Part shown: positions 10,341 through 24,999 of the stretch, piece after piece
Layout of the letters: each line of letters starts with the position of its first letter
Numbering within the stretch: the first letter of the stretch is position 1
NCBI GenBank assembly: GCA_977030845.1
Contig: OZ365110.1
Span: forward strand, 17,980,001-18,044,000
Source of the DNA: Fimbriosthenelais zetlandica
Taxonomy: Eukaryota
DNA: 64,000 bases
Direction: 5' to 3'
The notes under the pieces: model-generated
Database searches by the model: none
What the model saw: only the letters and a program-made list of their open reading frames with translations
What the model was told of the DNA's origin: nothing
Made by a program: the position numbers and the translations under genes

Positions 10341-13300
10341 ATTTACAACCCTTAAAACACTTTTATCATGAGAAATGCAGGAATGTTATGACCTTCACAT
10401 GTAGGCCTATGTGTGTCACTCGTCGAAGTGTGGCATCACCTCGAAAAATGCAAAGTCATTCTCTTCCTCCCATCCGTTCTTTACACTCTCCTACAAGATA
10501 AGCACAAGCTTTGCATATAGAAAATAGAGACCTTTGGTGCCTGATCGACGTGGCCTCCCCGTCTGTCAAATGTAGCTTGCTATCTAAGCCATTCTTTTAG
10601 AAACACAGCTAGTTAGCATATTGCATGGGGACCCATAAGAAAAACCTGCATTCGATCACTGGATTGAAGCTGGCAATCCACTGTTGTGATATGAGTTGCT
10701 ACAGTAGGCAATGTGATGCCACACATTGCAATATCCCTCCGCCTTTGTAGCAACAAAGAACTGCAAAATGATATGCAACATGATGTGACATTACAAATTA
10801 AGGTTGCTATATAAATATACGTTTAGAATTGTTGCAATGCCCTTGCCATATAGTGGTGATACTACATATATTTTTTAGTCTTTGTCACATGCAAAAGGCT
10901 GTGACACAGCATCGGACTTGAATCAGTTCACCAGGCATACCCTCATGCATATAGGACTTGTGAGATAACAGAACACAAGACCCCTTGCAGTAGTCATGAG
11001 TAAGCGTGATATTCACATCAATTGAGATCTTGCCAACTTTGCCCCCACGAAGCTCTCATACGAACCCTCGTCGTGGTGTTAGGAAAGCCAGATTTCTTCT
11101 GCGAGTGCTCGTAAATCTCATATGATCCGTCAAAGCCCTCACTTTAATTGCTTGATGGTTCTTCCACAACAGCTATGAAAACTTCTGGAGGTTACAAGCA
11201 AACCTTGGCCATGTAAATATTCATGTACCGAGCCTGTCTCCAACATGAACAGCTTTATGTTTTATGAGCCCAAAGTCAGTAATGAATCTCATTTAAATCC
11301 CTAGGATGTTAACCTTTCGGAAACAAGGTTTGAACATATCGTTAAGGATATCATTATAGAGGTTAACGATGGGGAAAACATCCCCCTCTTGTTTGCCAGC
11401 ACTCATTTGTCTTCCTCTCAGGGCTCTTCCACTTCCTGATATACTATGCAGCTTACATGAAGCTGCATCATTTCGTCTATAAAAAGCCATGCACGGAAGG
11501 GGCTTTCTGCATATGTGTAGGCGGAAGGCAGCATGTGCCTCAATTGATGTGTTGTTTTCCCAACGCAGCTCGATTGAATAGGAAATATATCATACTTGAA
11601 TACTCTATATGTCTTTGATTAATATATATCCCATCACTCATCTGCACCTTAACGTATTTATCTTAAATTATAAATATATATGTTATCCAAACATTAGCAA
11701 CAACCACGGTAAAAAAGCTCAATGATCTCTCCTCTTTCCTTCCACCCATCTCTTATAGTTAATATGTACGCTTGCATAATGTATGAATTATTACACAAAT
11801 TGGCAAGTCTCTTATGCGAACTGATTTATAATTTAGAAAAGGAGTTCATTATAGAATTCTCTTCAGTCATCCTTGTCCTATCATCTCTTATTCATCTTAA
11901 GTAAATGTTGACTTCAAATCAGTTGTCCCTGGAGGCTTTCATTCTCCATTGACTGCCTTTTCCAATTACCTTTCTTGATACAAAGTATTACATTAAAGGT
12001 GACACTTCACATTTACACACAGAGATGTATGTTATTGTCCCTATGCATTGGATGGATCATTATGGAACAAAACTTGACATTCATAACATTTCTCTGTGAG
12101 AAAGCTTTTCAGGATCAGTCTTAATTAGATGAGCCGCGGATAATCAAGGGAGGGAATTTGATGAATACCATTGGCTCCCTTTTTTCCTTTTGGCTCTGCT
12201 CGAGGACAAATGGATCACGCTCTCCTACTCTACTCTAGAAGATATAAAAGTGTGTTGAAAGGCTAGTTAAAAAGCAAAATGGGAGGTGATTGATGTGAGG
12301 GTAGGGAGCAAGATGGATGGATATTCCCCTGCATATTGATATCAATTTAAAACCAGACTCCAGCCTCGGCGTTCCAACGACCCACACTCGTTTATCACCC
12401 ATTGGTGAATGGGTTGAGACAAGCTGGGTATGAATGAATCAGATGGGAAAAGTATGAACCGTGATGCTTGAGGAGATTTCAGCTCAACGTGATATTCTCA
12501 CAGCAGGCTAATGAAATGACCATAAGGTTCTTGTGTGTGCGATGCTATGTGAGATAGCAATATAACTCTGCCAGACAGTATGCTTTCACCTCCAAGAAAC
12601 CATCCTATAACTATGCATTCATAGGAGATTTTAGGAGCAGGCGATGACATCCAAATGATCTTTTTTATGTCAAGCATGTCTGCGGGCATTATTCATGGGC
12701 CATCAATCGCAAAGACCTAGGACACTTGGCTGACAGCCTAGCAAGTGTGAAATACTGGTCCATTCTCTATAGCCATCTCTTGCCTATAAGTGCCAGCAGT
12801 CTCGGTTACTCATTTGGATAGGCAAGAAAATCTCCCCCAGCCTCTGATGATATGAAGAAACTGCGAGAAGGAAAAAAAGGAGACAGGATATAGCCTTGTG
12901 GTGGAGAAAAATCAAAAGGATGTTTATCTTCACAACCTTCTGCCCAGAGCACATGTCCCCAGAGGCTTTGCCTGTTCCTCTGGATGGTGTATCTTGGTCT
13001 GTTGGCATTCATTTTCAGCTGCGAGCTGCCTGCAGCAAGAGATTACCAACATTCATATTCATGTATCAATCTGTGGTCTCGTTGTTTTGCTTGGTAAAAC
13101 TGGCATGTAGAACCTAAAGGATGCTTTACTGACTGGCATAAAATCAAGAAGAAGAGGCACATCGAGAGACTCAATCTTTTTCTGTACTCTAGCACTCAGC
13201 CAATTGCTGATGAAAAAGCCCTTCCTCCTTCCCCTCTTTCATCAATTAATCCCTGTCACTGAGGATGTGCAATCTCTTAACTTTTAAACCCGACCCGTGT

Positions 13301-13388
13301 GTTAGCAGTTAATTGGTAGGATTGTGTCATGAAGGATTGGGAAATAAAGGTTATATGTAGGAAAGGTATGTGTCTGTGTGTGCTTAGT

Positions 13389-14209
13389 CTACCTTAAAGA
13401 ATCAGGAAAGTCCCAGCCTTCACAAAAGGTGAAAGGACTTCCATCAAGGTTGGGAAGGGTGGTGAGTGGAGGGTCGGGTAGTGTATGTCCCATTCGATTT
13501 CTCAAGTGAAAGGGATTGTGCGATGCCAGCAACGAGCGCAGCCGCCAGAAAATTGGAAGGCTCGCTAGAAATGGAAGCAATCACATAACTGTCATAGTCG
13601 CAGATAACAGGAATTTATTATTTTTTTATCCAGAAGATGTCCGTTGAAAGTAGTGTAATTAGAAAATATATTGTGTGCAGAGGGGCTTGGTACAGAATAG
13701 GAAGCCACTTCAGAGCAGGTAGCCATGTGAATGAGAAGAAGTGGTGAACTGAATATCATCGATGCACTTTGTCCCTTGAATACTGATTTCCTTTTCTGCA
13801 AAATTGCCCACAGTCAGGACATAATTTCTGTTTTGATTTCCCATACAATCGGGAAGCTAGTTTAGCTTACACGAGTTTCCCTCCTTTTTTCCTATAATAT
13901 AATCCCCCAAACAGCACCTCGTAACATAGCCCCAAGGTGAGTCTAGGCTATCCCCATTGAGGGATGTTTTTGAGGGAGTTATGTTGGTCAAATGAAAAGT
14001 TGTTGGAACATTTCCGGTCTGAGTCTTTGATTAAGACTCATTCCATTCTCTATGGCAGCCCCTCTAATTATTGCTTGGTAGAGGCTGCCAGAGCAATGTT
14101 GCAGCGTCTTATAATCTATCTTTCTTTCGCCTTCGCCGGGCCAAAGTGACTCCCAAATTACTAGCTGCGAAGATTGACCATGAATTATACAGCCTACATG
14201 TGTATTCAT
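13389..14209 (-). mobile_element. Ngaro/DIRS tyrosine-recombinase remnant
   Basis: Three collinear minus-strand ORFs: LYQAIIRG...RLRPEMFQQL (13988..14209), KRKSVFKGQSASMIF (13592..13801; cf. RRSKTDQxGxG) and NLDGSPFT (13389..13580). Confidence 0.45.
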
Positions 14210-14899
14210 CTTAGATGGAGGTAATTCAGTTGCATAAATATATAATATTTATCCTGCTTGGACTACCGTATAGCATTTAAATCATATATAATATTAGTGT
14301 ATACTTTTTTGCTGGTCTAATAATAGTTTTCCATCTATAGACATAAAATGAAATTTCACAGAGATCATACTGTGATAAATGATAGTCTAACTGAAATTGC
14401 AGATCTATCATATAGAGATCAAATGTCTTACTGCCCAAATAAGGGCAGTTGGCAGGAGAGGAGGCAAACGCTCATCTCATCCGAGTCACACACTGTCACC
14501 TAATGATGCCTCTTCTGACCCAAGACATGTCCAAGCTTGGTACTGAACATTTCCACCCCAATCAAGGAGACTGGGCCAACATAATGGCATGCATGGGTCT
14601 TGGATGCTGGTGCCTTTTGAGCTGGAGTGGAATATCTCCCTGGGCCGACCTTTCCTATAATATGGCTGGCAGCTTCTTTGGCCTTTGTTACAGGAATGAC
14701 AGGCTAAAGCCCAATGGATCTCTTCTCATTATGACATTCATGGATAATATACTCCATGCCCTGGAAATGTTATTGGATTGTCAATGTCCAGAAAGTTGAG
14801 CACAGCAGTGGAAGAAAATATCTTCGGATATTATGAGAAATAATGAATTAGATTACATCAACCTGTTTGGGTGTTGATAGATACATAAGAAAATGCAAT

Positions 14900-16190
14900 A
14901 GAGGAGTTATCATGTACATTGCCTTGCTCAGCCCCATTTTCTGCCACTTAGAATTCTCCCCAAATCCTTATCATGACTCTCTGCACAGCCTGCAGGTGGC
15001 AGTGGTGTGGTGCTCTTGGAGCAGTGCCTGATTTCTTCCCATTTTGTCTCCTGTAGTTTTATCTTATTTAGGATGTATTTGTCCATAAAGATTTCACACC
15101 TACCGTAGATTTTCTTTTATCGGGGACGTTTTAACAACATAAAAAGACATGCTCATCTCTGTGATGACTATAGTTGATTCTATAGATTCAACCATGGAAG
15201 GACTTTTGGCTTTCTGCAGTACTATTGAATTGGCATGTAGCTATTTTCCATAGGTTAGATCTATTGACCAGTATATCATGATGTCCTTCAGTTTCAAGAA
15301 GGAAAAAAATCTAAACCCAACAAAGAGTCTGAATTGGCAGTGAGGTAGATAAGAAAGGACAAAGCCCTTTGGCAAGAATCCAATTACCCAGCCGGTAGGG
15401 CCTTAGTAATAGGGTTAATAATACGGTCACCAGGTCAAGCAAAGCTATTTCATCCATAAAGAGGATAAGCTTTATTGGTTCGTTACTAAGACACTTACTC
15501 GCCTGCACTTCAAAGCTAGGATCTTCCTCCTTTGTGATAGCTTCATTAAGGTGAGGTAGACCGGAGGGCTAGCACATCAGCCTAGTCTTTGCGCAGCCTT
15601 TCACCAATCTGCTGCTTCTCTTTACATGGCCAATACTGTTTGTTTTGAGCATATTAGACGAGGAGAGATAAAATCTAACACTCTGCCTGCTTGCTTCTCT
15701 GAGCAGAGAAGGGCCAGAGAAACAAGGAGAAGGTACAGGCGATTGCCTCCCATCACGTTCACTGCTGTTTGACGATAAGTGAGAAAGCTCGCACAATCAA
15801 ACAAGAATGCAAAGACTCTTGTGTGTGCTCTCTGCCTGTCTCTTCTGCCAGTTCTTTTACAACTGTTTCATTGACCGCAGTTCTCTGTCCATTGCTGTCT
15901 TGGGTGTGCAGGCAAACCGGGCCAGCTACATCGATTTGTCCCATTGATTGGCCCGCTCTTTTGTGAGCTCTTGATAGTACTTTGGGAGGCAAGGATGCTG
16001 AGTCTGATGACACTTTCTGAATGAGTTGTTCCTCCTGACCTGACCCATCAGTGAAGGAGGCGGTTGGTTGTGAGGCTCTTGGGGAGTGGCTCGTCTGGCA
16101 AGGAATCGCTTCACTGCTGAGCAAAATCCTCCACAAGCCTGCGAATAAACTCCCTTGATCACCCAGGTCAAGGCCTGAAAAATATATTAT
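14900..16190 (-). mobile_element. DIRS1-type retrotransposon remnant (YR ORF region)
   Basis: SVRFYLSS...SIGHVKRSSRLVKG (15569..15796) resembles TIxxYLSAIS..G.HPLV.RFLKG. It is followed by a PSFE..SKCLS segment resembling PFEPL..ASLK. Confidence 0.45.
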
Positions 16191-18389
16191 ACAGCAGGGA
16201 GGAAGGGGGTATTTATTGAAGTGGAACTATATAATAATGATTTATTAAGTGCTCTTATAATAAGATTTATTATGAGCTACATAATCTAGGTTATGCACTG
16301 AGATATAATTTGGAATGCTTAAATACATGAATACAAACTTTGAGTTCGGTCCCTGGCTCAACCTGCGGGTGATAGTAACATTATTTAGTTCATTAGGATG
16401 TAATTCACAGTTTGCTTATGTAAATTATTCTCAATAAAAAGGCATCTTGAAGCTTTCTACAATTTAATGACTGGGCCAGAAGGTATACAGACATGTAATA
16501 TCCAGCTAGAAATGCCATTATTTATTCAAAATCTAACTGCTATTTGACTCTGTTCCCTCTCGAAATTGTCTCATGAATATCATTATCAAAGTCGATGACG
16601 GTAGTTTAAATTTCCATTAACAGCTCCTGCAAGACTGTCATCATATTGTATGAAAGGTCATAATAATGACGATGTGCAATAGAGCTCTGCTTTGATTTCT
16701 CCGAAATGTTAAAACATAGTCCTCCATAATTACCAGAGGATTCACTTTGTATTTAAGCAGTAGACACTACAGTTGCATCTATTTCCACTTGTCTGTCTCC
16801 ACTCGTTAGGCCCTGCAGAAACTGGCGATAATATTTACTCCCAATCAAGACACATGATACTCATTTCCATGGCAACCCAAGATATTTTTCATCCTATCGT
16901 ATCCTATCCCCCTATCCTATGTTGAAATTGCTTTGTTTCCCTCAAATATTTATGTTATACCTTTATCATACCAAATCTCGTTGCATTGCAAGAAGTTGCA
17001 TAGTACGTCTCCCACGTACCATGTCATGTGCATTAAAGTTGTCAGTACAATTACAAATGTGAAAAGTTTCTGAAAAATATATAGATCTGTCCCACATTTT
17101 TCACATTCAGTCCTCGTTTTTAATCAGTATAAGGATCTATTTCAAATCAGCCTGCACAGCTTTATACTGTCTGCATGGCTCTGTACATATTCTTTTACGT
17201 GCTTGTGCCTTTTTGTGAAAAGGAGCCATAGGTCCCCAATAGCTATGAGAATGACTGGGCTGTGAAGTCAGGTATTACAGCCTTAGGCCTTTTTAGGTGG
17301 GGATAAATCAATGTATCTGGCACAGCATGAGTCGCATGTTTTTAGGGGATTGGACTTGTACCTGTGTTGCAGTGCGAAAATAATATGCTCCATACTGTTA
17401 GTGGTTTGTCACCCAGGGGGAGAATGGATTGGTTCTCATCATGAAACATTTTCCCAAAGTGGGGCTAAGCTTGTTAGGGAATGGAAAGGTTTTGGCCGAG
17501 GTTGAATACTTTCCAACACATCTCGGGAAAGCAATGGAATAATTGGAAGAGAAAGTCAGGATGGTATTGGAAGCATTTTGGCAAAAAGGACAGTTATTCT
17601 AGAGAAAATATACACATTATTTCTTATAGTTTATAGAAGCCAGATATTCGTCTTCTATCATAGTCTTAGAATCAGGCCAATATAGGAAAGAAGATGGTTA
17701 GGCCTACTGCAAATTTACACTCTTGCTAAAACACATGAAGGTGAAATATGGCTATTATATTTTCATTTAAGATACAGTGGGGTTTAAGATCTTGGGACAC
17801 AACAATTTGTGTGGTTGCATGCATGCATGAGTCGTATATATACGACTCCTTGTCGACTGCCAGTAAGGATCATTATCATAATCAAATGTTAGACTTTCGG
17901 TCCACAGGTTTTATTCAAAGGGTATTTGTATTGTTCTGGATTTATTATTTGTAATGATGGTACAAGAGTCATTCATGTGAAATCAAACATTGAACGTATT
18001 CATCCACCTGGAAATACACTGCTGTGGTGGTAATGGTCCATATATGAACTTCATAATGAAGTGCTGTTAGAAATATTATAAAAATGGAGCCATACTGTAA
18101 AGACTTATATCCATTCCTGTCCATGACGACCAAGCGCTATGTCTGCTTATTGAGTCCCCTCCGGCAGAATATTTGCCTAACACTCCACTTTAATTACATG
18201 GGACGAAGGCCTTTTTATGAAAGGCTCGCACCTTAATGCATATTAAATCTACGTCATTTTAAATCTTACAAAGGCATAATTCTACTTGATGTGGTCCATA
18301 TAGGCGTGTGTAAACAGCCCCAGGATAACTGCTGCAAAAAGTGCTGTGCAGCAAAACTGAGGTGTTCTATAGCTTACATGCACTGTTAA

Positions 18390-18900
18390 GGCATGATGCA
18401 CAGCCAGTCTTGTATGGTGGATGCGACAATTGTCCTGGAAGGACAAGAATATAATAGGACAACTGCATCAAGAGGATTGTCCCAGTCCGATGAGGGATTA
18501 GTGTCAGTTCCACTGACTCCTATCTCTCCAATGCTGAGTAAATGTGAGGTGACAGCAGTCCAGCGTGGGATTGTTGCCAATCCTTGCTGGACTGGGCAGC
18601 TCTCCCGTGGGGAAATCCTGAAACAAATTTTGTAAAGCCATTAAGCAAGTCTTGATGGTGTTTCAGTTAAAGACGCTGGGACTGCGTTGATTGTAATATG
18701 CTGATCCTCTAGGCCAAATTAAACCCTGATTACTTTGGTAATTTGTTGTCGATTCTCAAACTCAAAGCCCTGAGATTAATTCAGGCAGATTACGGCCATG
18801 TGTAGCCTGCATAGCTGTCCCCACTCTGGTAGCGGGAATGCCGAATGGGACCCGAGGCGAATATTTTGTCTAGGCCATGTGTAGACCCAATTACATCTGC
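18390..18900 (-). mobile_element. Gypsy/Ty3 reverse-transcriptase remnant
   Basis: KYSPRVPFGIPA at about 18835-18866 (cf. Y.F.RLPFGI.SA). Downstream HHQDLL and SYYILVLPGQLS fragments are collinear. Confidence 0.45.
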
Positions 18901-20917
18901 CTGTTCTGGAGAATAGCAGTCAGGCACTGATGCAATTTTACCTATTAATTTTCGACATATCTTTCAAGATCTTTAGTGAATTGGTAACAATTTCAGTGTG
19001 CGTATACTTTCTACCTAATATTTTTAAATAGGGTGATGAAATTGTTCCCTGTAATATAACTGGGACGTTTCTTGTCCTTTTAATAGCCTCCGATGCTGAA
19101 AAATAGATTGATGTAACCAGAGAACAATTGCCGTCCCCACTGTCTATATATATATGCTATGAAATATTAGCCTATACCTACTACTATACTGATTACATTA
19201 TCCTATCATTTTGGCTTTTGAATTGTTGAACTTAGGGTTCGTTTCAGCCGTATATCTCGCTCAGAATTGCCATGTCTGTTCCCACTCCACATATCACACC
19301 CTCAGCCTCCACCAGTTGGCCTTTTCACCGAGGATTCTGCCGGTGCCATGCGTGCAGACCCACCCAACTAAAAGTCCTCCCCTACATTCATGCCTATCTC
19401 ATCTTCGTCTTTCGATGCCACACGGGCGTCTTAAATTGGCACACGAGATGCAATTTTCCTCATAATTGCCCCATCAGACAGCTGAAAAAAAGACGGGCAA
19501 AAATCGTTATCGGGCCACAAGGCACCCTGACCGAATCACGCCTTGCTGCTGAATTTTATCCATGGGGTGCAACGTTTAGGATGGCCAATACATTTTATTC
19601 ATATATGACATTTGCGCTAGCTGCATGTGAAAGGATAGGTTCCATTTCCTTCTGCTATTTATAGGGACCACTGCAAGCTATTATGAGCAAAGATAGAGCA
19701 TAGAGGTAATAAATGTAATGATATTACATTGTTCTCTATATATTAAATATATGTTTAAATTTGAAAAAGTACCATTTAGCTTTTGGTCCGTAACGTGGCA
19801 ATAGGTTTTGATATTATTGACAGCGTGCTTATGCCATATCGGCATTATCATCGCTTTAACATTTTCATTTGTCATATTTCTTCAAATTTCAAAGTATCTT
19901 ACCTTCATTCTACCTTTCATTTTGATCATTATTATGATCCCTTGTCAATGGTGGAGGTGGATGAGCAGGAGCAGCTCGGGAGGTATCTGTACGAAGAGGA
20001 GGAGCAGTTGGAAGGGGAGCATGCAAGCCATGGAGATGCCTGTTTATTATATGGAATACCATTCATGTCCAGGCGATGGGATTTTAGACTCAGATAGCGG
20101 CGTTATTATGAAGAATCTCTTCAAGTATTAGCAATCACAAAGAAAGCATAATTCCCCCTCATAACAGCACATCCCAGGCGGGCTGCAACTGCTCATCAGC
20201 CCCATCATTTATTAGGTCAGAGGATTGAGTGCCTGGCACACGCGAGACACAATGAAAATATCCTGAGAAAAATAACGACCCATCTCTCCTGCTTGTATCG
20301 GGATTTGATGACAGCCTGGATCCAGCTGATAGCTCATAATTTTTCCATCTGCCCCGAGAAATCTGCATGCTCTGGTAACAGCAGTCGCAGTAGATGCAGT
20401 GGAGAAAGAGAGGCAGGGCATAGGCAATGTGGCATGGGGAAATCCACTGTTGGAACTGGGAGCCTGTAAATTAAAAATTGAACAAATTTAACTAATGAAA
20501 CATTCTTCAGGCCTTCATTTCTCCATTTCCTTCTTTGTAATTGGGATAAAACTCTACTGGCATCGATAATGTGGTGGAATGTGAGAAACATTATATAATA
20601 CGTGTACATAGATGCCTTGGTTTATTTCACTGATTACCAGATAGTACTGCCAATAACATCGATATTGTATGTCGTTTATGTAAAAAGCTTTTCCACTTCT
20701 TGTGGCGGAATACATATTCCCCTCTACTCCCTAACGTGTCCCTCGTTTCTCCCTTATCAGCAATAGTACATCACCATACAGACTATTTTTGAAAGGGATA
20801 CATGAAATTTCTGAACTTTCAGTAACCTACAGTACTGAATCTAGAATGCCACACATGGTAGGGAGTTGCAATGGGTCCAACCTTGAAGAACAGAACATTA
20901 CTGTGACTGGATCTGCA

Positions 20918-20990
20918 ATCTGCAGGAAACTGGATCAGATCTGCACGAGACTGGATACAGTCTGCAGGAGGCTGGATATCGTCCAGAAGC
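20918..20990 (+). repeat. 21-bp tandem repeat (about 3.5 units), reads as heptad ICRKLDQ/ICTRLDT/VCRRLDI on +
   Basis: CTGGAT recurs at 20930, 20951 and 20972, each preceded by TCTGCA. Confidence 0.75.
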
Positions 20991-23900
20991 TGCAATATGC
21001 AGGGGTCTGGGCCTAATTTACTGCAATTTATTATGAGAGGACCATTGGCAGGCGTGAGCTGGATTTGCTCTCAATACCCCTACTCTCAAGTAAATTGAGG
21101 GTCCATGACACCACACATATTGCTTTTTGCCTGCTGGTGGAAAAAGAAGCCTGTATGATCTAGATAATGATCTGTACGCTATGACGTCCGCACCAATGAG
21201 GATGACTTTTTTCTTTTCGACTTTTTCCTTCGACACCTCCTTTCCATCCTCTTAAATACTTACTGATATATGTTCCATGTTGTAACATTCATTAGTCTAA
21301 ATTAATAATGAGCTACCAGCAGTATACATCCTGGTTTTATACTTAGATTACAGCTCCATATTCTGTGATTGGAGGATGCCAATCTATTTGGATCTCCTTG
21401 CAATTATGGCCGGCAAAATTTATGGCAGGATGTATAAGGCCTTTCTTCTGTACAATGATATCGCGTGATATAATTAGCTAACTCTGGTAGCTGAGGCTTG
21501 GTTCTCTCAATGGAAGGGAAGCAGCTCTCTGAGACCCTGTCGAGGATGTAGAAAAATGGGGATGGACACGGGAGTGTGATGTACATGAGAGTGGACCTCT
21601 TTCTAACAGACACAAGACCACGGTGATGCTATACTGTAATGAGCTAGAGGATGGCAGCCTGCTAACAGGACCTCTAACTACTATAGATCTCAGCTCTAAA
21701 AATAGTTAATGTCCTACAGGTTTTGCTGTATCCAATTTCGGTCCCTGCAGCTTTAGGAGATATGTCAACAATAAGTTGTGATTTCATAGCCTAATATGTA
21801 TGACACTTAATGGCATTGTTAAGAGAAGACAAGACTATCGACCACACAAATGAATCCCGCCTTTATTGTTTCTGCCACCCACGTGTTGTGATTGCTTTTA
21901 TAATGAGTTTTAAAATGTTTATTCAAGTACAGTTACAAGAGTTACAAGTCATTGCCTATTCTACGTCGCCTAATGCAATGCAATTAAGGCTTGCAATTGT
22001 CTCATATCATATCTCTCTTTCTGACTTGCCATTTGTACACAAATGCCATTTAGGTTTTTCATGAGATAAGAATCAGGTTGTGAGCTTATAAATATGGACT
22101 CCTGTGTCTCAAAAACATGTAGCATGTACACATAAGTATTGTTTTTATGATTATTATGTCCTGTACTTGTGTGAGTCGTGGCAGCCTCAGCAATATGGCA
22201 GCATGACCACCATACAGCTATAACAAAAGACATAACTCGTTCTGAGAGGGCCCTCTGCTCGTGCAGACGAAATTGCATACGTCTTTCACCTCCCAAGGGA
22301 CATATTTCCTTAAGCTCGGCTGATGAAAATAGAGAAAAACAGGCAGTGTTAAGGAGGGCTGTAACTGGAGGGAGGAAGAGAGAGGGGCACTGGAAGCGTT
22401 CTCTATGCTTTTTTCATATGGATACAGCCGGAGAGGCAAGAAAAATGGCGATATGATACAATACTCAGGCATGAGGGAATGTTTTAGGTCATGGAATAAG
22501 GCAGGCCAGGGTCGAGAAATGTGGACGATATGGCGAGAAAGATGAATGTTTTATGCCTTCCGGAAGAACGAAGCCATTGGACAAGCTACATTGAAATTCT
22601 CCCGAGGAAGATGCGGCAGATCCGGTGAACGCAACTGATACAGGAAAAGGGAAATATTTCTGTTCAAAAAGCCTCCCTTTGGACCATTCCAGTAAATACA
22701 TTTGACCTGCATATATATTATTGCATTAACTTAGTGTATGGCGGTCATACGAGTAACTGATGCTTGGTTACACTTTTACACAGTGTTCATGTTGGTAATA
22801 ACACATATACTTTATAGTATCTTTATGGGCAATTTGCCAGTTTTACTCTGGCATTAAAAGATGTTAAACCTGCCATGACAAGGCCCTGCCAGAGTCATAT
22901 GTCTCCTCAGGGAAATCAAAAGATGTTGATGAAAGAAAACGGCCGTTTTTCCCCTCTGCACCAAGGCGTCAATTCCCATACATTACTGATTTTTAGGACA
23001 TCTTGTTATTTGGTCCTGGTATTTACCAAAAGCTACAAATTTGTTAGCAGCCTTTTGCTTTTCTACCCCTTCCTGACCCATGTGCCACAGTGACAATACC
23101 CAGGCAGCGGATTCAGTTGGCAGGATCCAAAGCCTGCTTCTTACGTACTGATTACTTTTACTGGAAGTATGATGCTTTCCAGTTTCAGCGTGTCGATTCA
23201 CAGAATAACCTATAGTTATGTTTAATAATTATATTTTTAATTGACATTTCGCTCCATGTTCAAACTGGATCAACAAAAGGTCATCGAACGATGATGAGGG
23301 AAGTCCCCAAAGTCAATGTAGAAAACCTGCAATTCAAAGAGTGCATCTTTCTATTTCCATAGAGGCTCACATACATGTGCATACAGGGGTGAAATCTGCT
23401 GCACCAGAAGGATTATTTTCTCCTGGGCTTGTGTTAAAATCTACCAATGTGTCAGAAGAAGCTCCATGGTGGATGAGCAGAGGATGAGCATCTTATATGT
23501 TAAACAGTGTGAGTTCGATTTTCCACCAACATGAGAGGGTCCAGGAAAAGTGGCCTTCATGTCATCATGACACAGACCAACTTCCTCTCCTCTCATCAAA
23601 CATGGTGGCCAATAGAGGCACCCAGGGGAGGAGCTGGCAGTGGGACAAGTATAGGTCTCAAATCATATTACAACCAAGTGCTGCAGGCAAGAGCTTGGTG
23701 GAAAAATGCACACATAGAATTTGATGTCTCTCCGCAACGAGAAAGAGGAGTTGGAGACGCCAGCGGGCTCGATTCACTGCTACCGTCTGCAGCTCACTGT
23801 ATTGGAATTCAAATATTAGCATTGGCAGGAAAGGGGTAATCACGATGGCTACTAGGCCTGGGGGGACATCATGGAACAAGGTAGGCAGGATATCGCAAGC

Positions 23901-24999
23901 GTTCCTTTTGATGCCCGGTCCCTAAATTGGATTCACCAGCCCCATTCGACAGTTTTATTAAATCCAGTCCCTGTCCGTTAGAAGATACCAGGATGGCTGG
24001 TGTTGCCAATTGCACACTCATTCTATTTTGCCAAAAGTTAGCAGGCCTTTCTTGTGCAGAAGTCAGCTAGACTTGGTAGCAGCAGGCCTTGTGCCTTTTT
24101 TTGATCACTGCTGTAAGAGGCTGAAGCTTTGCATGGTTGCTACTCCCCCATGCTCCATCTCGCTACAAACGGTACGGTTTTCAGATTTTGTGTGGGTTGA
24201 TTCTATTGGATTGCCGTTGCCATAGCAACCCGTCAATTCATTTTCAGCGCGGCTGCCCCCCGGTTGTCACCAGGCCTCTTCGATCATCCGATTAGCCCGT
24301 TGATAATTCATTTTGACAGTGTTTATGGCCAATGCCTAGAGTGTCTGAGCCTGTTTTCTTTGCAGAGGTCCTAGCACAGAGACGTTTTCTAGACGACCAT
24401 TACAGGATATCATAGACCTGGCGGTGCTATTGTATCATTAGGTACATGAGAAGCCTCGGGCAATTTACTTTCTATGAGTGACCAACCCCACTGATGCGAG
24501 GTATTCGGAAAACATTTCCATCAGAGGGAAACAATTGAGGCATGGATGATCCATGTCACATAGATCTTCAGCATGCACAAACGTTGGTACGAGCAGCAAA
24601 AGAAATTTACCTCGAAAAGATTGCTCTAAGTAACAATCGTCTGTACACGTTATGGTTGAGTTTATTATATTATAGGATTATATTATAATATATTTTGTGA
24701 ATGTCCGTGCCTTGCTAATTTCTGCAAATTGAGAACCGGAACACCTGCCCTATCACACTCTAAACCCAATGGAGGCACAGTGATGGAGCCAATCTTTTCT
24801 GCTTTTAATAGGTGCTACTCCATCTCCCAATAAAACTTCTGCCCTGTGAAAGAGTAATGTTGGCTACAGTATTAGTATTCTGAGTACTGTGTTTGCTGTG
24901 GATATTTTTTGGCGACAGGCATCGAAGTAGTTGTCTTGTGATGAGTTAGCTCCTGAGGAACATGGCTAAGGCGGGTCAAGGGTGCATGCTCAAGATGCC

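Noticed and set aside
14449-14799. 116-aa plus-strand ORF that looks protein-like
   Set aside because: Non-ATG start, no recognisable motif, no clear splice signals, and flanked by TE relics.
15311-15508. KLILFMDEIA looks like an AAA+ Walker B motif
   Set aside because: No Walker A motif. It lies within the collinear DIRS YR remnant.
21018-21236. KKKVILIGADV... resembles a small-GTPase or SGNH beta1 strand
   Set aside because: No GK or GDS motif and no downstream motifs.
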